DNA from: an uncultured Acidobacteriota bacterium
Lineage (GTDB): Bacteria > Acidobacteriota > Vicinamibacteria > Fen-336
Assembly (NCBI GenBank): GCA_963720545.1
Contig: OY970399.1
Span: forward strand, 3,456,001-3,520,000
Direction: 5' to 3'
Length of the DNA: 64,000 nucleotides
Under the pieces are notes generated by a model, which did no database searches, was not told where the DNA came from, and worked only from the letters and a program-made list of their open reading frames with translations. Positions 28,831 to 38,301 of this stretch are shown one piece after another (within the stretch, counting starts at the first letter, position 1; each line of letters opens with the position of its first letter). The position numbers and the translations under genes are program-made.

Positions 28831-30024
28831 GTGCTGGCCGACGCGTGGCGCGCTTGTGTGCTGGCACCCATCCTCCTGCTGCTGCCGGGCCTGGTGCTGG
28901 TGCGCGCGCCGTGGCCGGCGGTGCCTGCTCTCTCCATCGGGTTCTGGCTGCTGACCTGGCCTCTGCTTCCCGGCCACGGCACCGGCCGCGCGATGTTCGT
29001 GCAAGCGGCGCTCGGCGGGTTCGCGCTGCTCGCGCTGCTGCGCGTGGCGCAGCCGCGATTGTGGCAGCGGCCGCGCAATGCCGACTTGCTTGCCGGCGCC
29101 GGCGCACTACTGGCGCTGCTGCCGTTCTTCGTTGTGCCCGTGCCGCGAGCGCCCGACCTCAGCTTCGACGCGGCCGCCGCGCGGGTCGTCGCCTGGCATG
29201 ACGGCATGCCCGCGACCTTCGAGCCACTGATCCCGGGCGCCTCGTTTGCGAGCGACGCCCCCGGCTTCTCGTCCTTCGCAGCCGACTTCATCGCCCTCGC
29301 GCGCCTGGCGCCGCACCGCGCGGTGTTCGCCGTCCACCTGGCCGGACGCGCACTGTTGTTGTTGTCATTGTTCTTCGCCTTGCAGCGCGTGGCCGGCACG
29401 CCGCCGGCCGCAGCCGCTCGCGGCGCGCTTGCGGCGGTCGCCGTGGCCGCATGGGTGTTGCGCGCGCTCGTCGCGGCCGGCGGCGCCACCGAGTTGCAGG
29501 CGGCGTTCCTGTTGTTCGCGGCGGCGTTGCTGGTGAAGCGCACGCGGCGTGCGGCGAGCGTGGCGGGATGGTTCTTCGCCGTGTCGGCCCTGGCCGTGGC
29601 GCCGTCGGTGCGCGCGCTGGCCGCGTCCGCGGCGGTGGCTGTCGCAGCGGCGGTGCTGGCGACCGGCGTGGCGCGGGTAACCGCGAGGTTGCCGCCGCTT
29701 CCGACAGTGGCCGTGAACGCCGCGCTCATCCTGACGCTGGTGGCGACCGCGCGGTTCACCGAGCCTGCGTTCGCATCGCGCTTCCTGGGCATCGCGGGGT
29801 TCGCGCGCCGCAGCCTCGGCCCGTTCGACATCGTCTGCGCCGCGGAAGGAGCTCGCGACACGGACGCTCGCTGGCTGCCCGCGATTGCCGGCCTTGCGGT
29901 ACTGCCGCCGCCTCGGCCTGCCCATGGCGGCAGAGAGGTCGAGTCGTCGGCAAACCGGCGCGCGTGCGCTGCGCAGTACGACGCGCTGACGGCAGGCGCG
30001 TTGTGCGAGGCGCCGGCGCGCTGA
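28831..30024 (+). CDS. Hypothetical polytopic membrane protein (possibly a degenerate GT-C fold)
   Basis: Long hydrophobic ORF filling the gap; GTG at 28831 lies 6 nt after TACAAT. Confidence 0.55.
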   Translation: MLADAWRACVLAPILLLLPGLVLVRAPWPAVPALSIGFWLLTWPLLPGHGTGRAMFVQAALGGFALLALLRVAQPRLWQRPRNADLLAGAGALLALLPFFVVPVPRAPDLSFDAAAARVVAWHDGMPATFEPLIPGASFASDAPGFSSFAADFIALARLAPHRAVFAVHLAGRALLLLSLFFALQRVAGTPPAAAARGALAAVAVAAWVLRALVAAGGATELQAAFLLFAAALLVKRTRRAASVAGWFFAVSALAVAPSVRALAASAAVAVAAAVLATGVARVTARLPPLPTVAVNAALILTLVATARFTEPAFASRFLGIAGFARRSLGPFDIVCAAEGARDTDARWLPAIAGLAVLPPPRPAHGGREVESSANRRACAAQYDALTAGALCEAPAR

Positions 30025-30039
30025 GCGAGCGCCTGGCCG

Positions 30040-30984
30040 TCAGTCCCGGTTCAGCTTCTCGTACCCGTGGCGCTCGCCGGCGGGGAGGTCGACGGGCGGC
30101 GGCGGTGCGGCGAACACCACCTGCGGGAACAGGCCGGTTTCATGGCCCTCGAAGTCGCGCGCCCACTCCTTGTGGTTGTAGACGCAGACCGGCAGGCAGA
30201 TGGAGCAGTACTGGTGCTTCGCGAAATACGGGAAGCAGCGGCCGGTGTCCACCTGGTAGCGGTCGTTGCCGAGGTGATCCTTGCCGGCCGCCGCGCTGCG
30301 CTCGTCGGGGATGGCACCCGGCGGGCAGTACTTGCGGCAGGCGCGGCAGGTGTCGCAGAACTTGGCGATGCCGGCGTCGATCGGATGGTCGATGGCGAGC
30401 GGCATCGAGGTGATGACGCTGCCCATGCGGAACAGGGGGCCGAGCCGCGGATGGATGATCGAGCCGTGGCGGCCCAGTTCGCCGAAGCCGGCCTTGAGGC
30501 CGATCGGCACGTGCAGCAGGTCGCTGTCGCCGATCGGGTGCTCGACCCGGCACGCCCAGCCGAGCGAGCGCACGTGGTCGGCGAGGCGGATGACGGCTTC
30601 GCCGAGCGTGAAGTAGACGCGCAGGCACTCGATCGCCGAGCGCTGCGACGGCACCACCTGGAATTCGCGCCACAGCATCCGCTGGCCCACCGCGATCGCG
30701 TACTTCTCGGGGACGGTGCGGCCGCGGTAGACGTCGCTCGCTTCGATCTCGCAGATGCCGACGATGTCGGCGCCGCAGGCGAGCGCCTGCTCCTTCACGT
30801 GCGCCGCCGCCGCGGCCGGCGAGGCAAACTCGCGGCGCTCCGCGGCCACCTCGCCGTCGAAGCGGGGATACTGCTCGTCGCGGATGCGGGCCAGGAGCGC
30901 GTCGACGTCGGCGATCTGGATCGAGCGGCCGCCGACCTGCGCATACCACTCGTCCCAGCGGAACGCGGGCGGCGAGGGCTTCAA
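30040..30984 (-). CDS. Reductive dehalogenase/QueG-like 2x[4Fe-4S] protein
   Basis: 'GADIVGI', 'AGFGELGRHG...GPLFR..VIT.MPL', FCxxCxxCxxxCP and CxxCxxxC motifs. Confidence 0.8.
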   Translation of the reverse strand: MKPSPPAFRWDEWYAQVGGRSIQIADVDALLARIRDEQYPRFDGEVAAERREFASPAAAAAHVKEQALACGADIVGICEIEASDVYRGRTVPEKYAIAVGQRMLWREFQVVPSQRSAIECLRVYFTLGEAVIRLADHVRSLGWACRVEHPIGDSDLLHVPIGLKAGFGELGRHGSIIHPRLGPLFRMGSVITSMPLAIDHPIDAGIAKFCDTCRACRKYCPPGAIPDERSAAAGKDHLGNDRYQVDTGRCFPYFAKHQYCSICLPVCVYNHKEWARDFEGHETGLFPQVVFAAPPPPVDLPAGERHGYEKLNRD

Positions 30985-32294
30985 CGCTCGCTCCGTTGCA
31001 CGAACACGCGGTAGACCGGCAGCCCGAGCGCCACCGCCAGCGCGCCGAGCGCCGATTCCAGCGGCCGACCCGCGGCGAACAGCGCCAGGATCACCGCGAT
31101 GCCGGCGAGGAAGACGAGCGGCGTCAGCGGATAGAAGGGTGCGGGCGCCGGGGCCTGTGGCCCGCGCCGCCGCAGCCGGAACAGGCCGGCGACGGTCAGG
31201 CCGAGAAACGCGACGGTCGCGAACACGAAGTAGGCGACGATTGCGTCGAAGCTGCCGGCCAGCGTGACCACGAGCGCCAGCGCCGTCTGCAGCAGGATCG
31301 CGCGCCGCGGGGCGTGCGTCGCCGGATCGATGTCACCCAGCCAGCGCGGCGCGGCGCCGTCCCGCGCCATCGCGTAGTAGAGGCGGGGCACCATCGTCAT
31401 GAACGCGACCATACTGGAAAAGACCGAGAGCAGGACGATCGCCGCCAGCGCCGCGCCGCCGCGCGGCCCGAACAGCACGCGTCCCACCTGCGCGGCGAAC
31501 GCCTCGGCGGTGTTCACCTGCTCGAGCGGCACGAGGTAGAGGAACACGGCGCTCGTCGCCACGTAGACGCCGGTGACGAGCAGCACGCCGAAACACAGCG
31601 CGCGCGGCAGCGTGCGCGCGGCGTCGCGCATCTCGCCGCCGAGCTTTGCGGCCTCCCACCAGCCGCCGAAGGAGAAGAACCCGGCAGCGACCGCGGCGGC
31701 GATGCCCGCGAACAGCGGTGGCGAGCCCGCGTGCCGCACCCACGGCTGCGCGAAATTTGCCCCGCTGCCGGCCGTGGACGCGAGCCCGGCTACGATCACC
31801 AGCACCAGCGCCGCGATCTTGGCGAAACCGAGGCCCTGCGCGATGGGTGCGGCCCAGCGGATACCGGCAGCGTTGGCGAGCGCCGTGACCACGATCGCAG
31901 CGACGGCCACCGCCTTCGGATCGGCGGCCGGCCACAACGCCGCGGTGTAAAGGCCGACGCCGGTGGCGAGCGCTGCCGTCAGGCCCGGGTCCATCACGAT
32001 CAGGCACTTCCATCCGTAGAGAAACGCGACCTGCGGGCCGAACGCGGCGCGCAGGTACACGTAGCCGCCGCCCGCGTGCGGCAGGCGGCTCGCGAGCTCA
32101 CCGAGGCACAGCGCGCCGGCGAGCGCCATGAGCCCGAGCGCCAACCAGACCGCGAACAGCACGCCCGGCGCACCAGCGGCCCTGGCCATGGACGCCGGCG
32201 TCAGGAAGATGCCGACGCCGATGGTTGCGCTCGCGACGAGCGCGGTGGCGCCAATCACACCGAATTGCGGCTGCAGGGAGGGGGGCTGTTCCAT
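30981..32294 (-). CDS. APC family amino acid permease
   Basis: 'IGVGIFLTP', 'ELASRLPHAGGGYVYL', 'FSFGGW', 'PRLYYAMARDG'. Confidence 0.9.
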   Translation of the reverse strand: MEQPPSLQPQFGVIGATALVASATIGVGIFLTPASMARAAGAPGVLFAVWLALGLMALAGALCLGELASRLPHAGGGYVYLRAAFGPQVAFLYGWKCLIVMDPGLTAALATGVGLYTAALWPAADPKAVAVAAIVVTALANAAGIRWAAPIAQGLGFAKIAALVLVIVAGLASTAGSGANFAQPWVRHAGSPPLFAGIAAAVAAGFFSFGGWWEAAKLGGEMRDAARTLPRALCFGVLLVTGVYVATSAVFLYLVPLEQVNTAEAFAAQVGRVLFGPRGGAALAAIVLLSVFSSMVAFMTMVPRLYYAMARDGAAPRWLGDIDPATHAPRRAILLQTALALVVTLAGSFDAIVAYFVFATVAFLGLTVAGLFRLRRRGPQAPAPAPFYPLTPLVFLAGIAVILALFAAGRPLESALGALAVALGLPVYRVFVQRSER

Positions 32295-32381
32295 CGGAAT
32301 GAATGAGTGTGACGATGATGACATCGTTTCACAGCGGTAGAAACAGGCGCCGACGGCCGTTTGATAACATCCTCGCCGCTG

Positions 32382-33311
32382 ATGCTGAAGAAGGCGGCGC
32401 GTATCATCCTCGTCCTCCTTCTCGCTGTGTACGTCCTCGGCGCGTTCGCGTTCCTGCCCTGGTGGATGGGCGGCCAGTTCACCTCGGGCCGCTTCCGCTA
32501 CAACGACAAGGAGAACGCCGGGCTGACGCCCGCGTCGTTCCAGCTGCCGTTTGAAGAGGTCGCCTTCCACAGCGGCGACGGCACCGCGCTCTCGGCATGG
32601 TGGGTGCCGGCGGCGTCGGCGAAGGGCACCGTCATCCTGGTGCACGGCCTCAACCGTTCGCGCATCGAGATGGTGAAGAAGGCGCCGTTCGTCAACCGCA
32701 GCGGCTGGAATGCGCTGCTCGTCGACCTGCGCCATCACGGCGAGAGCGGCGGCACCGTCTCCACGTTCGGCGCGCGCGAGAAGGACGACGTGCTCGCCGC
32801 GGTCGCGTTCGCCCGCGCGAAGGACTCGCATCCCGTGGTCGTGTGGGGGGTGTCGCTCGGCGCCGCGGCCTCGGTGCTGGCGCTCGATGCCGACCCGACG
32901 ATCGCGGGCCTCATCTGCGACAGCACCTACCGCAGCCTGCGCGACACCGTGCACCACCATCTCGGCCTCTTCCGGCGCTTCGCGTGGTTCCTGCGCATCG
33001 TGCCCACCTGGCCGGTCGCCGACGAGACGACCTATTGGCTCGGGCGGCGCGGCGGCTTCGATCCCGACAGCGTCGACATCGAGGCGGCCGTCGGCCGCGG
33101 CTTGCGCGGGCGGCCGGCGCTGTTCGTCGCGAACTCGCACGACCGCCGCATGCCGAAGGAGATCGCCGAAGACCTGGCGCGTGCCGCGGGGCCGAGCGCT
33201 TCGCTGTTGATCGTCGAGGGCGAGAGCCACGGCGGCGCGTGGCGCGACGGCACCGCCGCTTACGAAGCGGCGGCCGCCAAGGTGCTGCAGGCGGCGGCGC
33301 CGAACCCTTGA
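32382..33311 (+). CDS. Alpha/beta hydrolase, membrane anchored
   Basis: N-terminal TM helix; 'LVHG', 'DLRHHGES', nucleophile motif GVSLG, D and H of the triad. Confidence 0.88.
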   Translation: MLKKAARIILVLLLAVYVLGAFAFLPWWMGGQFTSGRFRYNDKENAGLTPASFQLPFEEVAFHSGDGTALSAWWVPAASAKGTVILVHGLNRSRIEMVKKAPFVNRSGWNALLVDLRHHGESGGTVSTFGAREKDDVLAAVAFARAKDSHPVVVWGVSLGAAASVLALDADPTIAGLICDSTYRSLRDTVHHHLGLFRRFAWFLRIVPTWPVADETTYWLGRRGGFDPDSVDIEAAVGRGLRGRPALFVANSHDRRMPKEIAEDLARAAGPSASLLIVEGESHGGAWRDGTAAYEAAAAKVLQAAAPNP

Positions 33312-33324
33312 ACCGGAGGCAAGC

Positions 33325-33693
33325 TTGAGCGAAGCGAAAAAGCCCCACCACATCCCGTTCCCCGAGGACGATGGCTCTGCGGTACCGGCCGAACAGTCGA
33401 ATTCGTACACCATGGTCGACCCGCGCTTCCGCTCCATCTACTACCAGTTCTACAAGGAGACCTACAAGCCCTCGGTCATCGACCGCAAGACCAAGGAGCT
33501 GATCGCGATCTCCGCGAGCCTCGCCGCCAAGTGCCAGGGCTGCCTCGAGGGCCACATCAAGAAGGCGCTGAAGTTCGGCGCGAGCCGCGAGGAGATCTCG
33601 GAGACGATCGCGATCGCGATCGGCGTCAACGCCGCGGCCATCGTCGACCTCACCGACATCGCCGCCGACAACATGGACCTGAAGCTCTACTGA
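33325..33693 (+). CDS. Carboxymuconolactone decarboxylase/AhpD family protein
   Basis: 'IDRKTKELIAI...CQGCLEGH...GASREEI'. Confidence 0.85.
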   Translation: MSEAKKPHHIPFPEDDGSAVPAEQSNSYTMVDPRFRSIYYQFYKETYKPSVIDRKTKELIAISASLAAKCQGCLEGHIKKALKFGASREEISETIAIAIGVNAAAIVDLTDIAADNMDLKLY

Positions 33694-33744
33694 CGCGGCG
33701 CGCTGCGGCGCCGCGCCGGGAGCCCTCGGCTAGACTCGCGGCAG

Positions 33745-34320
33745 ATGGACCGCGACTACTTCGTCCACGAGTCGAGCTTCGTCGACGCACCCGCGGAGGT
33801 CGGCGCCGGCACCAGCATCTGGCATTTCTCGCACGTCATGGGCGGCGCCGTCATCGGCAGCGACTGCGTCATCGGCCAGAACGTGTTCATCGATGCCGGC
33901 GTGCGCATCGGCAACCACTGCAAGATCCAGAACAACGTCAGCCTGTACAACGGCGTCGAGCTGGAGGACAACGTCTTCTGCGGGCCGTCGATGGTGTTCA
34001 CCAACGTCATGAACCCGCGCAGCGAGATCGCGAGCAAGGACGCCTTGCTGAAAACCGTGATCCGCACCGGCGCCTCGATCGGTGCCAACGCCACCATCCT
34101 GTGCGGCAACACCGTCGGCGCCTATGCGTTCGTCGGCGCGGGCGCGGTGGTGACGCGCGACATTCCCGACTTCGCGCTGGTGTTCGGCAGCCCGGCGCGG
34201 ATCGCCGGCTGGATCTGCCGCTGCGGCGTCCGGCTGCGTGCGGTGGAGACGTCAGCCACCTGCACCGAGTGCCACGCGCGCTACGCGCTGCACCTCGGCG
34301 TGCTGAACGCCGAGAGCTAG
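33745..34320 (+). CDS. Hexapeptide N-acetyltransferase (WbpD/WlbB-like)
   Basis: 'IWHFSHV', 'KIQNNVS', 'GPSMVFTNVMNPRS', 'SIGANATI', C-terminal zinc-ribbon Cys residues. Confidence 0.88.
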   Translation: MDRDYFVHESSFVDAPAEVGAGTSIWHFSHVMGGAVIGSDCVIGQNVFIDAGVRIGNHCKIQNNVSLYNGVELEDNVFCGPSMVFTNVMNPRSEIASKDALLKTVIRTGASIGANATILCGNTVGAYAFVGAGAVVTRDIPDFALVFGSPARIAGWICRCGVRLRAVETSATCTECHARYALHLGVLNAES

Positions 34321-35441
34321 GGGGCGATGAAGCCGCGCACTTCGGCGCAGACGTGGCGCACCGCGGCCTCGCCCATCTCGGCGTAGAGGGGCAGCGACAG
34401 CACCCGCCGCGACAGCTCCTCGGACACCGGCAGGTCGCCAGGCTTGCCGCCAGCGGCCGCCATCGCCGGCTGCAGGTGGATGGGGCGCGGGTAGTGCACG
34501 GCGCTTGCGATGCCTTGGGCCGCGAGATGCTGCTGCAGCGCGTCGCGCTTCTCGGCCTGGACGGTATAGAGGTGCCAGGCAGAGCGCGCGCCCGCGGCTT
34601 CCCGCGGCAGGACCAGGCCCGGAAGCCCGGCGAGCAGCTCGTCGTAGAGCGCCACCAGACGGCGGCGCTCGGCGTTCCAGGAGTCGAGCCGTCGCAGCTT
34701 CACGCGCAGCACCGCGGCCTGCAGGCTGTCGAGGCGGCTGTTGGTGCCGAGCACCAGGTTGTCGTAACGATTGGCGCCCCCGCCATGGTTCGCGATCTGG
34801 CGCGCGCTTTCGATGAACACGCGGTCGCTCGAGACGATGGCGCCGGCATCGCCGAAGGCGCCAAGGTTCTTGCCCGGATAGAAGCTGAAGCAGGCCGCGT
34901 GGCCCCACGCACCCGCGCGCTTGCCGTCCTGTGAGGCGCCGTGGGCCTGGGCCGCGTCCTCGAGCACTGGCAGGCCCTTGCGCGCGGCGATCTCGAGGAT
35001 GGGCGCCATCGGCGCCGGGTGGCCGTAGAGGTGCACCGGCACGATCACCTTCGCCTTCGGCCCGATCGCGCGCTCCAGCAGCGCAGGGTCCATGGTGCAG
35101 GTCAAGGCGTCGACGTCCACGAACACCGGCCGCGCCCCGTTGAGGAGGATGGCCTCGCCGGTGGCGATGAAGGTGTTCGCCACCGTCACCACTTCGTCGC
35201 CCGCGCCGACGCCATAGGCGCGCAGCGCGACGATCAGCGCATCCGTGCCGTTGGCGACGCCGGCGCAGTAGGAAGCGCCGCAGTAGGCGGCGAACTCGGC
35301 CTCGAAAGCGGCGCAGTCCTCGCCCTTTATGTAGTGCGCCGACTCGAGCACCCGCGAAACGGCCGCGTCCACCTCGCTGCGGATGGAGGCGTATTGCGCC
35401 CGCAGGTCGGCCATAGGGATGTGAGGCGTCACTGCGCTCAT
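34317..35441 (-). CDS. DegT/DnrJ/EryC1/StrS aminotransferase
   Basis: 'VANGTDAL', 'EDAAQAHG', 'SFYPGKNLGAFGDAG', 'NSRLDSLQAA'. Confidence 0.92.
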   Translation of the reverse strand: MSAVTPHIPMADLRAQYASIRSEVDAAVSRVLESAHYIKGEDCAAFEAEFAAYCGASYCAGVANGTDALIVALRAYGVGAGDEVVTVANTFIATGEAILLNGARPVFVDVDALTCTMDPALLERAIGPKAKVIVPVHLYGHPAPMAPILEIAARKGLPVLEDAAQAHGASQDGKRAGAWGHAACFSFYPGKNLGAFGDAGAIVSSDRVFIESARQIANHGGGANRYDNLVLGTNSRLDSLQAAVLRVKLRRLDSWNAERRRLVALYDELLAGLPGLVLPREAAGARSAWHLYTVQAEKRDALQQHLAAQGIASAVHYPRPIHLQPAMAAAGGKPGDLPVSEELSRRVLSLPLYAEMGEAAVRHVCAEVRGFIAP

Positions 35442-35866
35442 GGCGCCGCTGGCGCGGGCGCCTTGGTTTCGAGCGCCGCCGCGAAGCGCGCGCGCAGCCA
35501 GTCGGGGATCGCCATCGCCTTGAAGGTCTTCATGTCCACGGTGACCGCGATGTTGCGCGCCTTGAACACCGGCCGGCCGCGCACCGAGCCCTCGTAGCGG
35601 ATCTGCACCGACGAGCGTCCGAGCTTCTCCACCACCACCGCCACGTCCACCGCGTCGCCGTATTTGACCGGCGCTATGAAGTCCATCTCCACCTTGACGG
35701 TGGGGAAGCCGATGCCCTCGCGATAAACCTCCGGGTACGGACGGCCGATGTGGCCGGTGAAGAAGTCCTCGAAAGACTCGTGCAGGAAGTTGACCAGGTT
35801 CGGGTAGTACGCGATGCCGGCGGCGTCGAGGTCGCCGAAGCGGACCAGGATCGAGGTCTGGAACAC
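35438..35866 (-). CDS. Acyl-CoA thioesterase (4HBT/hotdog; AbmE-like)
   Basis: 'VRFGDLDAAGIAYYPN' motif. Confidence 0.88.
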   Translation of the reverse strand: MFQTSILVRFGDLDAAGIAYYPNLVNFLHESFEDFFTGHIGRPYPEVYREGIGFPTVKVEMDFIAPVKYGDAVDVAVVVEKLGRSSVQIRYEGSVRGRPVFKARNIAVTVDMKTFKAMAIPDWLRARFAAALETKAPAPAAP

Positions 35867-35868
35867 CC

Positions 35869-36621
35869 CTACTTACTACCCCCTAAATGCTCCATGACGG
35901 TAACCGTGAGGGTCTCGGCCAGGGCGCGGAAGGCGGCCTCGCCGTCCTCGCGGCTCGCGGCGGTCGGGTCGCCGAAGTAGGCATCCTCGCCGCCCGCCTC
36001 GAGGAAGCTGGTGGCGCCGCGCTGCAGCGCCGGCATCAGGCCTTCCATCGGCGGCAGGCTGATGCGCTCGCGTTCGCGCACCGTGTCGGGCGCCACTGCA
36101 AGCATCAGCGACGACTCCCACGCGCCGGCGTGGTCGCCGAGCTGGAACACCGGCCCGAGCTTCTCGGCCCAGCGCTTCTTCTGCAGGTCGCAGTAGCCGA
36201 CCGAGGCACCCGCGGCCTTCGCCTCCTCGACCGCCTTCTTCAGGCACTCGACGTGCTTCGGGTCGAAATGGATGTTGACGAAGATCACCGCACGGTACTG
36301 CTTGCCCGCGGCCACCGCGAGGTCGCGCAGCAGCGCGGTCGCGGTTTCGGCAGGCAGGCTGAGCGTGCCGGCGAAATCGCGCGCAAAGTCGGCGACGGTG
36401 AACGAGACGCTCGGCAGGATCAGGCAGTTGACGCCGTTGGTCTTGAGCCGCAGCGCGCCGCGGCGCGCCATCTCCTGCGCGATCACGGTGTCGGTCGCGA
36501 TCGGCAGGTGCGGGCCATGCGCCTCGGTTGCGCCCACCGGTATCAGCGCCACAGGGCGCTCGGCGAGCGCGTCCTTCACCTCGGTCCACGTCATGTCGGC
36601 AACGACGATCTTTTCGGCCAT
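35869..36621 (-). CDS. Creatininase family amidohydrolase
   Basis: 'PVGATEAHGPHLPIATD', 'HAGAWESS', 'GDPTAAS'. Confidence 0.88.
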   Translation of the reverse strand: MAEKIVVADMTWTEVKDALAERPVALIPVGATEAHGPHLPIATDTVIAQEMARRGALRLKTNGVNCLILPSVSFTVADFARDFAGTLSLPAETATALLRDLAVAAGKQYRAVIFVNIHFDPKHVECLKKAVEEAKAAGASVGYCDLQKKRWAEKLGPVFQLGDHAGAWESSLMLAVAPDTVRERERISLPPMEGLMPALQRGATSFLEAGGEDAYFGDPTAASREDGEAAFRALAETLTVTVMEHLGGSK

Positions 36622-36692
36622 GCCTCGGTTCTTCGTTCCTCTGGAAACGCTGATTCGTTCTTCTGATTTATCGGGATCGGCGGTGGGGCGCC

Positions 36693-38246
36693 CTAGCGCA
36701 GTTGCTTGCGGTCGATCTTTCCCCGGTCGTTCCTGGGCAGTGATGCCAGGAACTCCACGCGTCGCGGGAACTTGAAATGGGCGAGTCGGCTCTTCACGAA
36801 GTTCTGGAGCTCGGCGGCCTTGGCGTCCGTGCCTTCTCCACCACGGAGAACCACGAGCGCCTTCGGCTTGATGAGCTGATCAGCGTCTTTATACCCGATC
36901 ACGGCGCATTCCGCCACTTCGGGATGGGCCAGGAGGCAGTTCTCCACCTCGGCCGGGCTGACGAAGATGCCGCCCACCTTGAGCATCTCGTCGCTGCGCC
37001 CCTCGTACCAGTAATAACCGCCCGGGTCGCGGCGCATGTGGTCGCCCGTGACCGTCCACTTCCCCCTGAAAACCTCGTCCGACTTGTCCTTGGCCTGGAA
37101 GTAGCCGAGCGCCGCCGAGTCGCCGCTCACCCACAAGGTGCCGGCCTCGCCGTCCTTCAGGGGGCTGCCGTCGGGGGCCGCGATGCGCGCCTCGTACCCG
37201 GGCACCAGGCGGCCGAGGCTGCCCGGGACCACGTCGCCTGGATAGTTCGAGATGTAGATGTGGAACATTTCTGCCGAACCGATGCCGTCGAGGATCTCTA
37301 CGCCGAAGGTCTCCTTGAAGCGGCGGTACAGCTCTTCGGGCAGCGCTTCGCCGGCCGACAGGCAGAAGCGCAGCGAGCCCAGGTCGCGCTGCGGGCCGTC
37401 GGGGTGGTTGAGCATGCCGCCGATCATCGTCGGCACCGAGGTCAGGATGGTGGGGCGAAAGCGTTCGATCATGGCGAACAGCTTCCCGGGATCGCTCTTC
37501 TCCTTGAAGAGCGCGGTGGCGCCGCCCACCGCGAACGGGAACAGCAGGTTGGTGCCGGTCGCGTAGCCGAAGAAAAGCTTCGCCACCGACACCGTCAGGT
37601 CGTTCTCGCGGATCCCGAGCACCTGTTTCGCGTAGCGCTCGGTGTTCCACGGCAGGTCCTGCTGGCGGTGCACCGCTGCCTTGGGCTTGCCGGTGGAGCC
37701 GCTCGTGAACAGCCAGATCGCCGGGTCGTCGCGATGCGTCGGCGCGTTCTCGAAGCTCCCGGACTCGGCGCGCAGCAGCGCGTCGAAGCCGAGGTGGCGC
37801 CCCGGGTCGCCGCCGACGACCACCAGGTGCTCGAGGTGGGTGAAGCTGTCGCGCAGGGGCTCGAGTCGGTCGAGCACCGAGGCGTCGATCACCGCGACCC
37901 GCGCCCGGCTGTAGGCGAAGTAGTGCTCGTAGTCGGCGGCCGGCAGCAGCGGGTTGACCATGGCGATGACCCCGCCGGCCTTGGCGATCCCGAACCACGC
38001 GAAGGCGAACTCGGGCCGGTCGGGAAGCACCATCAGCACCCGGTCCTCGTGGCGCAGGCCGAGGCGCTTCAAGGCCGCGGCAAAACGGTTGGCGCGCTCC
38101 TGCACGTCGCGGTACGTGTAGCTCTGGTCCTCAAAGTAGAGGCAAGCCTTGTCGCCGCGCCCTTCCTCGACATTACGATCGAGGAAGTACCACGCCATGT
38201 TGAACCCCTCGGGAAACTCCATGGCCGCTGGCCGGAGCGTGTTCAC
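36693..38246 (-). CDS. Benzoate/2-aminobenzoate-CoA ligase family (AbmG-like)
   Basis: 'FTSGSTGKPK', 'KLFFGYATG', 'SAGEALP', 'ILDGIGSAEMFHIYISN'. Confidence 0.88.
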   Translation of the reverse strand: MNTLRPAAMEFPEGFNMAWYFLDRNVEEGRGDKACLYFEDQSYTYRDVQERANRFAAALKRLGLRHEDRVLMVLPDRPEFAFAWFGIAKAGGVIAMVNPLLPAADYEHYFAYSRARVAVIDASVLDRLEPLRDSFTHLEHLVVVGGDPGRHLGFDALLRAESGSFENAPTHRDDPAIWLFTSGSTGKPKAAVHRQQDLPWNTERYAKQVLGIRENDLTVSVAKLFFGYATGTNLLFPFAVGGATALFKEKSDPGKLFAMIERFRPTILTSVPTMIGGMLNHPDGPQRDLGSLRFCLSAGEALPEELYRRFKETFGVEILDGIGSAEMFHIYISNYPGDVVPGSLGRLVPGYEARIAAPDGSPLKDGEAGTLWVSGDSAALGYFQAKDKSDEVFRGKWTVTGDHMRRDPGGYYWYEGRSDEMLKVGGIFVSPAEVENCLLAHPEVAECAVIGYKDADQLIKPKALVVLRGGEGTDAKAAELQNFVKSRLAHFKFPRRVEFLASLPRNDRGKIDRKQLR

Positions 38247-38301
38247 TTACGCCGCCAGTTTTCCCGAGCGAGTCCATCGCTTGCGCCGCTCGCGAGGGAC
38301 C

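Noticed and set aside
35869..36621. Creatininase-family gene as MftE of a mycofactocin-like RiPP cluster
   Set aside because: No precursor peptide, radical SAM enzyme or RRE protein is present in the window.
36622..36692. Purine-rich short repeats (GAAGAAC/GAACGAA) between the ligase and creatininase genes
   Set aside because: They are short and imperfect and are adequately explained as a leader/RBS region.
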